Positions 19,888 through 29,999 of a stretch of DNA of 64,000 nucleotides are shown here, piece by piece. The notes beneath the pieces were generated by a model that searched no databases, was not told the origin of the DNA, and saw only the letters and a list, made by a program, of their open reading frames with translations. The position numbers and the translations under genes were made by a program. Source of the stretch: Deltaproteobacteria bacterium (GTDB taxonomy: Bacteria; Desulfobacterota; Binatia; UBA12015). The stretch's first letter is position 1. The number at the start of each line of letters is the position of its first letter. The DNA is taken from positions 15,393-79,392 of the forward strand of contig VGTG01000005.1 of assembly GCA_016874795.1 (NCBI GenBank). The letters are read 5' to 3'.

Positions 19888-20258
19888 ACGACGATCTGTA
19901 CGATGTAGAAGCCGAAGCGGAGAAAGACCGCGGGGACGCTCACCGAAGCGAGGTGCGTGAGGGACTGGCCGAGACGCGCGTAGAGAACGACGGGCGCCAG
20001 CGGATCGGTGATCGCGAGCTGTCCCGTGATGTGCGCCGCGAGAGCGAGCGCGGCGAAGACGGGCAGGTTTTCGTAGACGTTGTCTCGCGCGCGGACGAGA
20101 CGCTGTCCGAAGCCCGGCGTGTCGTCCCCGTCGCTGCGGAACGAGTTCGCGGCGCGCCGCCCCGAGAGCACGAGCGCGGTTCGGTAGAAGCCGAGGATTG
20201 CGGTGAGGAGCAAGAACCAGCCGGCGAAACCGGCGAGCGCGCTGGCGGTGGCAGACAT
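19854..20258 (-). CDS. MAPEG family membrane protein
   Basis: RLVRARDNVYENLPVF, YARLGQSLTH; four hydrophobic segments. Confidence 0.85.
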   Translation of the reverse strand: MSATASALAGFAGWFLLLTAILGFYRTALVLSGRRAANSFRSDGDDTPGFGQRLVRARDNVYENLPVFAALALAAHITGQLAITDPLAPVVLYARLGQSLTHLASVSVPAVFLRFGFYIVQIVVWAWWAIQLLG

Positions 20259-20375
20259 GGAGGTCTCTTTCCGGCGCCGCTTAGAGCACGCTCCGGGACG
20301 GGGTGTCGAGCCGACGCCGCGAGAACGATCGCACCCGGGTTGCGAGCGACGCGCGGACCGTGCCAAAGCTCGATC

Positions 20376-21047
20376 GTGAACGGGATCCACGACATGGGCG
20401 GCCTGCACGGCTTCGGTCGCGTCCCGGTCGAGCCCAACGAGCCGGTGTTCCACGCGCGCTGGGAATCGCGCGTGTTCGGCATCGCGCGGAGCCTCGGTGG
20501 CGGGAACATCGACGCGAGCCGCCACGGGCTCGAGCGGCTCGATCCCGTGGCGTATCTCCGGAACGGCTACTACGGACGCTGGTTCGCGGTGCTCGAGCAG
20601 ACTCTCGTGTCCCTCCAGGTGATCGCGCCGAAGGACGTCGAGGAGCGGATGCGTCGCCGTCGCCGCCGCGCCCGCAAGGAAGCGAAACGCAAGGCGAAGC
20701 CGGGGAGCGCGGCGGAAGCCCCGGCGTGGCGTCCGCCGCCGACGCGGAGCTTCGCGCGCGAGGTCGATCGCGCTCCGGTCTTCGCCGCGGGCGAAGCCGT
20801 GCGCACGCGCAATCACCAGCCGGACGGACACACGCGTCTGCCCGCCTACGCGCGCTGCCGCGCGGGTGTGATCGAGCGCGTGCATGCTGCGATGGTCTAT
20901 CCCGACGACAACGCGCACCAGCGCGGCGAGAACCCACAGTACCTGTACACCGTGCGCTTCGCGGCGCGTGAGCTCTGGGGGGACGCGGCCGAGGCGGCGA
21001 CGTCCGTGTGCGTCGATCTCTTCGAGCCCTATCTGGAGCGTGCATGA
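20376..21047 (+). CDS. nthB: Nitrile hydratase beta subunit
   Basis: [50 protein letters not shown]. Confidence 0.95.
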   Translation: MNGIHDMGGLHGFGRVPVEPNEPVFHARWESRVFGIARSLGGGNIDASRHGLERLDPVAYLRNGYYGRWFAVLEQTLVSLQVIAPKDVEERMRRRRRRARKEAKRKAKPGSAAEAPAWRPPPTRSFAREVDRAPVFAAGEAVRTRNHQPDGHTRLPAYARCRAGVIERVHAAMVYPDDNAHQRGENPQYLYTVRFAARELWGDAAEAATSVCVDLFEPYLERA

Positions 21048-21661
21048 GCTCGGGGCACGACCACGATCACGAGCAGGACGATCTCGCGGCGCGCGTCGAG
21101 GCGATCGAGTCGCTCCTCGTCGAGAAGGGCCTCGTCGACCCGGCCGTCGTCGACGAGATCATCCGCCACTACGAGGAAGACGTCGGCCCGATGAACGGCG
21201 CGCGCGTGGTCGCGCGCGCTTGGACCGATCCCGCCTACCGCGAGCGCCTTCTCGCCAACGGCTCGGCTGCGGTCGCGGAGATGGGCTTCGGCGGGAGCGA
21301 GGGCGCGCACGTCCGCGTGGTCGAGAATCGTCTCGGCGTGCACAACGTCGTCGTCTGCACGCTCTGCTCCTGCTACCCGTGGCCGCTGCTCGGGCTTCCT
21401 CCGAACTGGTACAAGTCGCCTCCCTATCGATCGCGCGTCGTGCGCGAGCCGCGCGCCGTGCTCTCCGAGATGGGCCTCGATCTGCCCGAGTCGACCGAGA
21501 TCCGCGTCTGGGACTCGACTGCGGAAGTCCGCTACCTCGTGCTGCCCGAGAGGCCCGCCGGATCGGAGAGCCTCTCCGAGGAGGAGCTCGCTTCGCTCGT
21601 CGGGCGGGACGCGATGATCGGGGTGGCGATCGCGCGAGAGCCCGGAGAAGAGGGTGGCTGA
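21044..21661 (+). CDS. nthA: Cobalt-type nitrile hydratase alpha subunit
   Basis: VCTLCSCY (Co-type signature), [20 protein letters not shown]. Confidence 0.96.
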   Translation: MSSGHDHDHEQDDLAARVEAIESLLVEKGLVDPAVVDEIIRHYEEDVGPMNGARVVARAWTDPAYRERLLANGSAAVAEMGFGGSEGAHVRVVENRLGVHNVVVCTLCSCYPWPLLGLPPNWYKSPPYRSRVVREPRAVLSEMGLDLPESTEIRVWDSTAEVRYLVLPERPAGSESLSEEELASLVGRDAMIGVAIAREPGEEGG

Positions 21662-21995
21662 GCCTCTTCCCGCCGTGCTCGACGAGCTCGTCGGCCGCAC
21701 GGCGCCGCCGCGACGCAACGGCGAGATCGTCTTCGACGCGCCGTGGGAGAGCCGCCTCTTCGGGCTCACGATGACGCTCCTTCGCACGGGCCGATTCGAG
21801 TGGATCGAGTTCCAGCTCGGCCTGGTGCGCGAGGTCGCGAAGTGGGACGCCGATCCGGAGCACGGCTCGTACTGGGGGTGCTGGCAGCGCGCTTTCGAGG
21901 CTCTCCTCGAGGAGAAGGGCCTCTGTCGCGGAGCCGAGCTCGAAGAGCGCGCCGAAGCGCTCGCGGCGCGTCCGCGGGGCCACGATCACCGCTGA
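21654..21995 (+). CDS. Nitrile hydratase accessory/activator protein (P14K-like)
   Basis: [28 protein letters not shown]; follows nthA. Confidence 0.88.
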   Translation: MAEPLPAVLDELVGRTAPPRRNGEIVFDAPWESRLFGLTMTLLRTGRFEWIEFQLGLVREVAKWDADPEHGSYWGCWQRAFEALLEEKGLCRGAELEERAEALAARPRGHDHR

Positions 21996-22042
21996 AGCCT
22001 TCTCCTCGCTTCCTCGCCTCCTCGCTTCCAGCCCGAGGAGTC

Positions 22043-22079
22043 TTGACAGGGGAAAACAGGTGATTTAAACGACTGTTTA
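22043..22079 (+). promoter_or_regulatory. Sigma70-like promoter with overlapping TetR-type operator; probably a leaderless transcript
   Basis: TTGACA 22043-48, 17-bp spacer, TAAACG; palindrome TAAAC-GACT-GTTTA 22066-22079 abuts the ATG; no SD. Confidence 0.65.
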
Positions 22080-22747
22080 TGTCGAAGCAGGACGGGGACA
22101 CGCGAAAGCGACTCCTTCGCGCCGCGACGGAGCTCTTCGCCGCGACCGGCTTCCACGGAGCGAAGATCCGCGACATCGCGGAGCGAGCCGGCGCGAACGT
22201 CGCCGCCGCCAACTATCACTTCGGCTCGAAGGCGGCGCTCTATCTCGATGTCCTGCGCTCGCAGTTCGGCGACATCCGCGGCCGTCTCACGGCACGCGCG
22301 GGCCTTCCTTCCGAGGAGAGGCTCGCCCGGCTGCCGCGCAGCGAGCTCGTCGCGCTGATGCACGCGCGGCTGACCACCATGCTCGACATCCTGATCGGCC
22401 CGCAGGCCGGCGTCTGGGGACGGCTCATGCAGCGCGAGATGGCCGACCCGAGCGAAGCGCTGCCGCACATCGTCGAGGAGTTCATGAAGCCGCAGATGGC
22501 CGAGATGCGACTCGTCCTCACCCACCTGTTCCCGACGCTGCCTGCAGCGGAGGTCGATCGCTGCGTGTTCAGCATGATCGGCCAATCGCTTTTCTACCAG
22601 ACGATGCGTCCGGCGGTTCTCCGCTTCCTCGGGCGCGAGGAGTATCCGCGCGGCTTCGCGCGTCAAGTCGCCGATCACGTGCTGGAGTTCTCGCTCGGCG
22701 GGATGGAGCGCCTCGCGGCGCAGGGGGGGTCGCGCCGTGCGAGCTGA
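22079..22747 (+). CDS. TetR/CecR-like regulator (DUF1956-type C-terminus)
   Basis: HTH IRDIAERAGANVAAANYHFGSK; REMADPS; heads the efflux operon. Confidence 0.88.
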   Translation: MSKQDGDTRKRLLRAATELFAATGFHGAKIRDIAERAGANVAAANYHFGSKAALYLDVLRSQFGDIRGRLTARAGLPSEERLARLPRSELVALMHARLTTMLDILIGPQAGVWGRLMQREMADPSEALPHIVEEFMKPQMAEMRLVLTHLFPTLPAAEVDRCVFSMIGQSLFYQTMRPAVLRFLGREEYPRGFARQVADHVLEFSLGGMERLAAQGGSRRAS

Positions 22748-24296
22748 AGCGCGACGGCGCTTCGTGCCGCTCGGAGTCCTCCTGACGCTCTGCGCGGCGT
22801 GCAGCTCGTTCACGCGGCCGGACGGCGACGGCGGCTGGAGCGAGGCGCGCCGCGAGGAAGAGGTCGCTCGCCTGCAGTCCGCGGCCGGCGTCACGGTCCC
22901 GGAAGCGAAGCTCGAGCTCGAGTCGAAGCGGATCGAAGATTCTCTCGACGTCGCGTCCCCGCCGCCCTCCGCTCCTCCCGCCACCCCGAGCGGCGAGATG
23001 GATCTCGCGCAGGCTCTCGCGGTCGCGGCACGCGGCAACCGCCGCATCGTGGAGGCGCACGAGCAGCTCGCCGCGACCGCCGAGCGCGTCGCCGACGTGC
23101 GCGGCCGCTTGCTCCCCGCGACCACCGCGGAGGCGCGGTACACCTGGTACACGGCCGCGCAGACGGCGAGCGTCGATCTCCCCTCCGGCGTGCTACCGCC
23201 TGGCTCGGCACCTCCGGTCGTCGAGATCCGCGACGCGGACGCGGGCACGGTGAACGCGCGCATCTACGTGCCGATCGATCTGACGGGCGAGCTTCGCCAC
23301 ACGCTCTCCGCCGCGCAGGCAGGCTACCGCGGCGAGCGCGCGCGCGTCTGGGCGACGACGCTCGACGAGCAGCTCGCGGTCACACAGGCCTACTTCCAGC
23401 TCCTCGAGGCGCGCCGCCTGCGCACCGTCACCGAGGAGACGATCGCGGTCTATCGCTCGCAGCTCGGCATCGCGAGGAGCCGGTTCGACCAGGGACGCCT
23501 TCTGAAGAACGATCTGCTGACGGTCGACGTCGCGCTGCAGCTCGCGGAGCAGGGCCTGCTCGGGCGCGACCTCGCGATCGAGGAGGCGCGCTGGCTCTTC
23601 AATCGCTCGATCGGTGCGGACGTGAACGCCCCGGCGGAGCTCGCCGACGTGCGCCGCCCGCCCGACGTGCCGAGCGTCGACCGGGCGCTGGCGCTCGCCT
23701 ACCAGGAGAACCCGATCCTGCTGTCCCTCCTCGAGGAGCAGCAGCGGCTCCAGGACACCGCGACGGCGCTCGAACGAAGCCGACTGCCGCGCTTCGGCGG
23801 CGGCGGCGGGATGGACTACTCGTCGAGCGACATCCTCGAGCCGCAGCAGATCGGCTCGGGTTTCATCGGGTTCACCTGGGAACTCGGCACCGACCTGCGG
23901 CGCGAAGCGCAGATCTCGGAGGCGCGCATCCAGTCGGACCGGAACCGCATCGCCACGGAGCGCCAGCTTCGCGATCTCGAGGCCGCCGTTCGTGCGGCGC
24001 AGCTCTCCACCGCCGAGCGACTCGCCGCGTATCGGACGGCGCAGTCGTCGCTGAGCCAGGCGGAGGAGAACCTGCGCATCCGCGAGCAGCAGTTCGACGT
24101 CGGACGCGCGCAGAGCGACGACGTGCTGATCGCGGAGCGTCTCCTCGCCGAGCAACGCGCCACGCTCGCGACGGCACTCTACCAGGCACACACGCGACGC
24201 GCGGCGCTGCAGCGGCTGATGGGGCTCGACCTCGAGGACCTGAACGCGACGAAGGCCCCGAACGCCAGGTCTGCCGCGAGCGGAGCCGGAACGTGA
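22737..24296 (+). CDS. TolC-family outer-membrane efflux lipoprotein
   Basis: Lipobox-like LCAAC; repeated OEP helices (AYFQLL, AEENLRI...FDVG). Confidence 0.85.
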   Translation: MRAEARRRFVPLGVLLTLCAACSSFTRPDGDGGWSEARREEEVARLQSAAGVTVPEAKLELESKRIEDSLDVASPPPSAPPATPSGEMDLAQALAVAARGNRRIVEAHEQLAATAERVADVRGRLLPATTAEARYTWYTAAQTASVDLPSGVLPPGSAPPVVEIRDADAGTVNARIYVPIDLTGELRHTLSAAQAGYRGERARVWATTLDEQLAVTQAYFQLLEARRLRTVTEETIAVYRSQLGIARSRFDQGRLLKNDLLTVDVALQLAEQGLLGRDLAIEEARWLFNRSIGADVNAPAELADVRRPPDVPSVDRALALAYQENPILLSLLEEQQRLQDTATALERSRLPRFGGGGGMDYSSSDILEPQQIGSGFIGFTWELGTDLRREAQISEARIQSDRNRIATERQLRDLEAAVRAAQLSTAERLAAYRTAQSSLSQAEENLRIREQQFDVGRAQSDDVLIAERLLAEQRATLATALYQAHTRRAALQRLMGLDLEDLNATKAPNARSAASGAGT

Positions 24297-24327
24297 GCGC
24301 GATGTTCGCGGTCGAAGGAGAGATACG

Positions 24328-25410
24328 ATGAAGCGTGGCGTCCTCGTCGGCGTGGTCGCGATCGTCGCGGTCCTCACGCTCGTCTTCTGGTGGGCGCGTC
24401 GGGACGACGGCGACGCCTACTACACCGGCTTCGTCGAGGGAGAGGAGCGCGTTCTCCGCAGCGAGGTGACGGGGCGTGTCCTCGACGTCCCGTTCACGGA
24501 GGGGGAGGCCCTCTCGGCGGGCGCCGTCGTCGCTCGCATCGACGAGACCGACATCGAGGCGCGCCTCCATGCGAAGGAGCGCGAGCTCGCCGTGACGCGC
24601 GCGGAGATCCGTACGCAGGAGGAGCGGATCGCGCTCGTCGAGAGCACCTGGAGAACGGGCCTCGAAGCACGCCGCGCGGACGTCAGCCAGGCCGAATCCG
24701 CGTACAGCCTCGCGGAGCGTACGCTCGGCCGCGAGAGCGAGCTCGTCAAGACGGGCGCGAGCACCGCGCAGCTCCTCGACGAGGTGCGCGCGCGGTACGA
24801 TCAGGCGAAGAGCGCCCTCGCCCGGAGCCGCGATCTCCTCGCGCAGGCGGAAGCCGAGGAACGGAACATCGCCGTCAACGAGGGGCAGCTCGCGATGCTG
24901 CGCGAGCGCGCTTCGCTGATCGAAGCGCAGATCGCCGAGCTCGACATCACGAAGCGAAAGCACGAGGTGAAGGCGCCGAACGTCGCGACCGTCGTCCAGA
25001 CGCAGTTCGTCTGGCCGGGCGAGCTCGTGCAGCCCGGCACGCCGGTCGTGGCGGTGCTCGATCCGGAGGACAAGTACGTCCAGATCTATCTCCCGGTCTC
25101 CGCGATGTCGGACGTCCGGGTCGGACGGCGCGTCGAGATCGAGCTCGACAGCGCCGTCGGGCGCCGCATCCCCGGCGAGATCAGCTTCATCGCCGACCAG
25201 GCGAACTTCACGCCCGAGAAGATCGAGACGCGCGGCGACCGCGTCGGCCAGGTGTACCGCGCGAAGGTGCGCGTTCTCCAGGACGCGGCGCTGCTCAAGC
25301 CGGGTACCGAAGGGAACGTGTACCTCGCGGCCGCCGGGGGCGACGACGGCGAGGCGCAGGGCGCCGCGGCCTCGGAGGAAGGCACGGCGAGCGCGCGCCG
25401 GGACGGCTAG
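24328..25410 (+). CDS. HlyD-family periplasmic adaptor (YbhG-like)
   Basis: N-terminal TM, SEVTGRV, coiled coil, ANFTPEKIET, LKPG. Confidence 0.9.
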   Translation: MKRGVLVGVVAIVAVLTLVFWWARRDDGDAYYTGFVEGEERVLRSEVTGRVLDVPFTEGEALSAGAVVARIDETDIEARLHAKERELAVTRAEIRTQEERIALVESTWRTGLEARRADVSQAESAYSLAERTLGRESELVKTGASTAQLLDEVRARYDQAKSALARSRDLLAQAEAEERNIAVNEGQLAMLRERASLIEAQIAELDITKRKHEVKAPNVATVVQTQFVWPGELVQPGTPVVAVLDPEDKYVQIYLPVSAMSDVRVGRRVEIELDSAVGRRIPGEISFIADQANFTPEKIETRGDRVGQVYRAKVRVLQDAALLKPGTEGNVYLAAAGGDDGEAQGAAASEEGTASARRDG

Positions 25411-25412
25411 GC

Positions 25413-26369
25413 ATGAGCGAGCCGGCCCTTCGGTTGCGCGGCCTCGTCAAGCGCTACGGCACGCGGCTCGCGCTGCGCGGGATCGATCTCGACGTCTCCG
25501 GTCCGCAGATCCTCGGCGTCGTCGGCCCCGACGGCGCCGGAAAGACGACCCTTCTGCGCACGCTCGCGGGGCTGCTCGAGGTGGAGGCGCGCGAGGCGCT
25601 CGTGCTCGGCCACGACCTGCTCGACGACGTGACGGAGCTGAAGGAGACGCTCGGGTACGTCCCCCAGGTGTTCAGCCTGTATCGTGAATTGACGGTGCGC
25701 GAGAACCTCACCGTCACCGCGCGCCTGCACGCTCTCGACGCGGAGGAGCTCGAGCGACGCGCGATGCCGGTCCTGGAGCGGACCGGCCTGGCTCCGTTCG
25801 TCGATCGGCAAGCGGGCGCGCTCTCCGGCGGCATGAAGCAGAAGCTCGCGGTGACGTGCGCGCTCCTGCCGCGGCCGAAGCTCCTCGTGCTGGACGAGCC
25901 GACGGCGGGCGTCGACGTGGTCGCGCGCGACGAGATCTGGGAGATCCTGAACGAGCGGAAGGACGAGGTCCTGATCGTCATCAGCACGAGCTACCTCGAG
26001 GAGGTCTCGGCCTGCGATCGCGTCGTCTACCTCGACGAGGGACGGGTCGCCGCCGTCGGCACGCCGCGCGAGCTCTGTGCCGCGGTGCCGCTCGAGCTCT
26101 ATCGCGCGTGGGGCGACGATCCGCGCGCGATCGCGCGCTCCGTGCGTGCCGCTCTTCCGTACGTCGGCGAGGCGCGAGCGGCGGGGCTCTTCGCGCGCAT
26201 CGAGGTTCCGCGCGAGCGGAGCCCCGGCGCGGAGCGCGTGCTGCGCGATCTCTGGGCGATGGCGAGCGAGGGCGTCCGGCTCGCCGAGCAGGCGCCCGTC
26301 GACGTCGAGTCGATGCTGCTCTCGCTCGCGCGCGGTACTCCGGGCTCCTCGACGGAGTCGGTCGCTTGA
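25413..26369 (+). CDS. ABC transporter ATP-binding protein
   Basis: GPDGAGKTT, LSGGMKQK, LDEPTAGVD. Confidence 0.92.
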   Translation: MSEPALRLRGLVKRYGTRLALRGIDLDVSGPQILGVVGPDGAGKTTLLRTLAGLLEVEAREALVLGHDLLDDVTELKETLGYVPQVFSLYRELTVRENLTVTARLHALDAEELERRAMPVLERTGLAPFVDRQAGALSGGMKQKLAVTCALLPRPKLLVLDEPTAGVDVVARDEIWEILNERKDEVLIVISTSYLEEVSACDRVVYLDEGRVAAVGTPRELCAAVPLELYRAWGDDPRAIARSVRAALPYVGEARAAGLFARIEVPRERSPGAERVLRDLWAMASEGVRLAEQAPVDVESMLLSLARGTPGSSTESVA

Positions 26370-27346
26370 AGCGCTCCGACCCGATCATCCGCGCGCAGGG
26401 CCTGACGAAGCGCTTCGGAGACTTCGCGGCCGTCGACGACGTTTCGCTGCACGTCGAGCGCGGCAGCGTGTTCGCGTTCCTCGGCGCGAACGGCTCCGGG
26501 AAGAGCACGACGATCCGCATGCTGATCGGGCTGCTCACGCCGACGGCAGGCACGATCGAGGTCGACGGCATCGACGTCGCGCGCCAGCCGCGCCGCGTGC
26601 GCGATCACATCGGCTACATGGGACAGAAGGTGAGCCTCTACCAGGGGCTCTCGCTGCGCGAGAACGCGGAGTTCTACGGCGGTCTCTACGGGCTCACGCC
26701 GGCGCATCTCGAGGAGCGCTGGGGTGCCTTGCGCGAGCGCTTCGCTCTCGGTGAAGCGGAGCGCGAGAAGCCCGAGGACCTCTCCGCCGGCATCCGGCAG
26801 CGCGCAGGTCTCGCGCTCAGCACGCTGCATCGTCCGCGTGTCCTCTTCCTCGACGAGCCGACCGCGGGCGTCGACGTCGAGAACCGCGCTCTCTTCTGGG
26901 AGCTGATCCGGGAGGAGGCCGACGCCGGTGTCACGGTTTTCGTCACGACGCACTTCCTCGAGGAAGCCGACTACTGCGACTGGATCTCCTTCATCGACTC
27001 CGGCCGGCTCGTCGCCGACGCTTCGCCGGCCGACCTGCGACGCCAGTACTCGGAGGGATACCGCGTACGCATCGAGCTCGCCGAAGCAGGCGCGGATCCT
27101 GGACGGGAGGGTGGGGTGCTCCACCGCGTCGCGCGCGCTCTCGCGGGGAAGGGCTTCGACGTCACGCAGGCTCCCCGGGGGATCGTGCTGCGCGCGGGAC
27201 GCCTGGACGCGCCGCTCCTCGACGCCGTGCGCGAGGCCGTCGCATCGACGCCGGGCGTTCGCGTGCGAGTCGAGCAGCCGGAGATGACGGACGTGTTCCG
27301 CGCGCTGATGCGGAGCGCCGAGGAGTCGCGAAAGGCGGCGGCATGA
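26366..27346 (+). CDS. ABC transporter ATP-binding protein
   Basis: GANGSGKST, LSAGIRQR, LDEPTAGVD, TTH; TTG start overlaps the previous stop. Confidence 0.9.
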   Translation: MKRSDPIIRAQGLTKRFGDFAAVDDVSLHVERGSVFAFLGANGSGKSTTIRMLIGLLTPTAGTIEVDGIDVARQPRRVRDHIGYMGQKVSLYQGLSLRENAEFYGGLYGLTPAHLEERWGALRERFALGEAEREKPEDLSAGIRQRAGLALSTLHRPRVLFLDEPTAGVDVENRALFWELIREEADAGVTVFVTTHFLEEADYCDWISFIDSGRLVADASPADLRRQYSEGYRVRIELAEAGADPGREGGVLHRVARALAGKGFDVTQAPRGIVLRAGRLDAPLLDAVREAVASTPGVRVRVEQPEMTDVFRALMRSAEESRKAAA

Positions 27347-28479
27347 GCCCGCGCCGGCTCTGGGTGCTCGTGCGGCGCGAGGCTCTCGCGACGCTGCGCG
27401 ATCCGTTCACGATCTCGATCCTCGTCCTCGTGCCGCTGATGGCGCTTCTCCTGTTCGGAAAGATCCTCTCGACGGACGTGAAGGGTCTCGACCTCGGCGT
27501 GATCGACGCGAGCCAGAGCAGCGCGAGCCGTCGCCTCGTCGCCGAGCTCGCCGCGCAGGGGACGTTCGTTCCCCGGCCGTTCGAGACGCGGGACGAGCTC
27601 GACCGCGCGATGCTCGCGGGGGGGATCGGCGCGGGCGTCGTCATCCCGCCGGAGTTCGAGCGACGGCTGCGGCACTTCGAGGCGGGCGGGCCCCCGCCCG
27701 AGATCCGCGTCGTCTACGACGGCGGCGAGGTCGTCCTCGCGGGCAACACGGAGGCCTTCCTCTCGACACTCGTGACCGCGACGGGACGCGAGCTCCGCAC
27801 CGCCGACGGCTCCGCGCCGCCGACGGGCGAGCGCGCCTCCGGCGTCACGGTGCAGACGACGGCCTTGTTCAATCCCGACCTGGACGGGACCCCGTACATG
27901 GTCGCGGGCACGTTCGGGTTCGTGTTGAGCTTCGCGACGACGCTGATCATCGCGGTCTCGGTCGTGAACGAGCGCTTCGCCGGCACGTTCGAGCAGCTTC
28001 AGGTGACGCCCGCGACGTCCGTCGAGATCCTCCTCGGCAAGATCCTGCCGCTCGGTGCGGTGTTCTCGGCGGACGTCGTGCTGATGATGCTGCTCGCGGG
28101 GTTCCTGCTCGGCGTGTGGCCCGCTGGGAACGCGTTTCTCTTCGTCGTGATCTCGACGTTCTACCTGCTCGTCTCGCTCTCGCTCGGCGTGATCTTCTCC
28201 GCGACGTCGAAGACCTCGGCGGAGGCCGTCTCGAAGACCGTCCTCGCGAGCCAGCCGCTGATCCTTCTCTCCGGCTTCGCCGTGCCGACGCCGAACATGC
28301 CGGTGGTCTTCCAGATGCTCTCGGAGGTGATCCCGGCGACGCACTACATCCGGGTGAGCCGCGCGATCTACCTCCGGGGAGAGGGGCTCCTGCCGCTTCT
28401 TCCCGAGCTCGCGATCATCGCCGTGATGGGCGGCGTCCTCGCGACGATCGCGTTGCGCGCGATCGGGAGGCGCTCGTGA
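27343..28479 (+). CDS. ABC-2 type permease
   Basis: ERFAGTFEQLQVTP, LGKILP, LSGF. Confidence 0.9.
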   Translation: MSPRRLWVLVRREALATLRDPFTISILVLVPLMALLLFGKILSTDVKGLDLGVIDASQSSASRRLVAELAAQGTFVPRPFETRDELDRAMLAGGIGAGVVIPPEFERRLRHFEAGGPPPEIRVVYDGGEVVLAGNTEAFLSTLVTATGRELRTADGSAPPTGERASGVTVQTTALFNPDLDGTPYMVAGTFGFVLSFATTLIIAVSVVNERFAGTFEQLQVTPATSVEILLGKILPLGAVFSADVVLMMLLAGFLLGVWPAGNAFLFVVISTFYLLVSLSLGVIFSATSKTSAEAVSKTVLASQPLILLSGFAVPTPNMPVVFQMLSEVIPATHYIRVSRAIYLRGEGLLPLLPELAIIAVMGGVLATIALRAIGRRS

Positions 28480-29645
28480 AGCCGAAAGGCGGCGGCGTGC
28501 GGCGGTTCGTCTCGAACGTCCTCGCGATCGCGTACAAGGAGGGCTCTCTCCTTCGCCACGATCGTACCATCGTGCAGAACGTCCTTCTGCAGCCGATCAC
28601 GCTGCTCCTCGTGATGGGCTTCGGTCTTCGCTACACGCCCCGCGACGTCCACTGGGCGGTGCTCGACCAGAGCGAGACCGCAGCTTCCCGGCAGCTCGTG
28701 ACGGACATCCAGTCGAGCGGCTACTTCTCGCCGCCGGAGCGCGTCGGGAGCCGGACGGAGGGACGCGCGCTGCTGAACCGCGGTCGAGCGACGGTTCTCC
28801 TCGTGATCCCGGACGACTTCCGGCGCGAGGTCGCGCGCGGACGCCCGACCGTGCAGCTCCTTCTCGACGGGACCGATCCGCTGACGGCCGCGCGCGTGTC
28901 GGGCTACGTCTCGCAGATCGCGGCGCAGTTCGAGGCGACGTCCGTGCCCTCGTCGCGCGAGCGTTCCGGCGAGCCGACGACGAGCGGCCCGGGGCGCGCG
29001 CCGCCGATCGAGCTCCGCGAGGAGTTCCGCTACAACCCGACACTCCGCGACGTGAACTTCTACTTGTCGGCGCTCTCCGGATTCCTGCTCACGAACATCT
29101 GCCTCGCCGCGGCGAGCCTCGGTCTCGTCGCCGAGAAGGAGAACGGGACGTACGAGCAGATGCTCGCCCAGCCCGCGACGGCCCTGCAGATCATCCTCGG
29201 GAAGCTGATCCCGAGCGTCGTGATGAGCTACGTCGCGCTGACGATCGGCATCGTCGGCGCCGGCCTGCTCTTCGGCTACTGGCCGAAGGGGAGCGTGATC
29301 GTCTTCGCGGCGACGACGCTCCCCTTCATCCTCGCGACGCTCGGCATCGGGACCTTCGTTTCGGCGCTCGCGCGCACGTCGGCGCAAGCCATCTTCATTG
29401 CGGTCTTCTTCATCATGCCGTCGTTCGTGCTCTCGGGCTCGATGCTGCCGTACGCCCTGATGCCGCACGGCGTCCGCGAGGTCGGCGCGCTGTTTCCGCT
29501 CCGCTGGTACCAGATCCTCTCGCGCCGGATCATCGAGCGCGGCGCGGGCCTGGAGGAGGTGATGGTGCCGACGCTCGTGCTGGTCGCGCTCTTCGCCGGC
29601 ATCCTCGTCGGGATCCGCTGGCGGATGAAGCCGCGTCTCGGCTGA
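28476..29645 (+). CDS. ABC-2 type permease
   Basis: EKENGTYEQML, LGKLIP, LSGSMLP. Confidence 0.9.
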   Translation: MKPKGGGVRRFVSNVLAIAYKEGSLLRHDRTIVQNVLLQPITLLLVMGFGLRYTPRDVHWAVLDQSETAASRQLVTDIQSSGYFSPPERVGSRTEGRALLNRGRATVLLVIPDDFRREVARGRPTVQLLLDGTDPLTAARVSGYVSQIAAQFEATSVPSSRERSGEPTTSGPGRAPPIELREEFRYNPTLRDVNFYLSALSGFLLTNICLAAASLGLVAEKENGTYEQMLAQPATALQIILGKLIPSVVMSYVALTIGIVGAGLLFGYWPKGSVIVFAATTLPFILATLGIGTFVSALARTSAQAIFIAVFFIMPSFVLSGSMLPYALMPHGVREVGALFPLRWYQILSRRIIERGAGLEEVMVPTLVLVALFAGILVGIRWRMKPRLG

Positions 29646-29657
29646 GCAGGGGCACGC

Positions 29658-29978
29658 TCATCCCGGATCGTCGTCTTCGCGCGGCCTGAGCCAGACGCGC
29701 ATCGCGCCGTCGTTGCCGCTCCCGTCGAGCTGGCGCTCGAAGCGCTCGACCCAGTCGCCCGCGTTCTGCTCGATCCACGCAGGGACCGCCTGGCGCAAGA
29801 CGCCGACGCCGCCCGGCGAGCCGCGTCCCTTTCCGTACACGATGCGGACCTGCGGCTCGCCGCGCGCGCGCGCTTCGGAGAGGAACGCGCGTGTCTCGTC
29901 GAGCGCTTCGCGGACGCCGAGGCCGTGCAGGTCGAGCGTGGGGACGATCCCGAAGAGCCGCCGCAGGAGCGAGCGCAT
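29658..29978 (-). CDS. Stand-alone Smr domain protein
   Basis: TLDLHG, IVYGKGRGS, GAMRVWL. Confidence 0.85.
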   Translation of the reverse strand: MRSLLRRLFGIVPTLDLHGLGVREALDETRAFLSEARARGEPQVRIVYGKGRGSPGGVGVLRQAVPAWIEQNAGDWVERFERQLDGSGNDGAMRVWLRPREDDDPG

Positions 29979-29999
29979 GCGGGGGGCGTCGCCGTGGCT

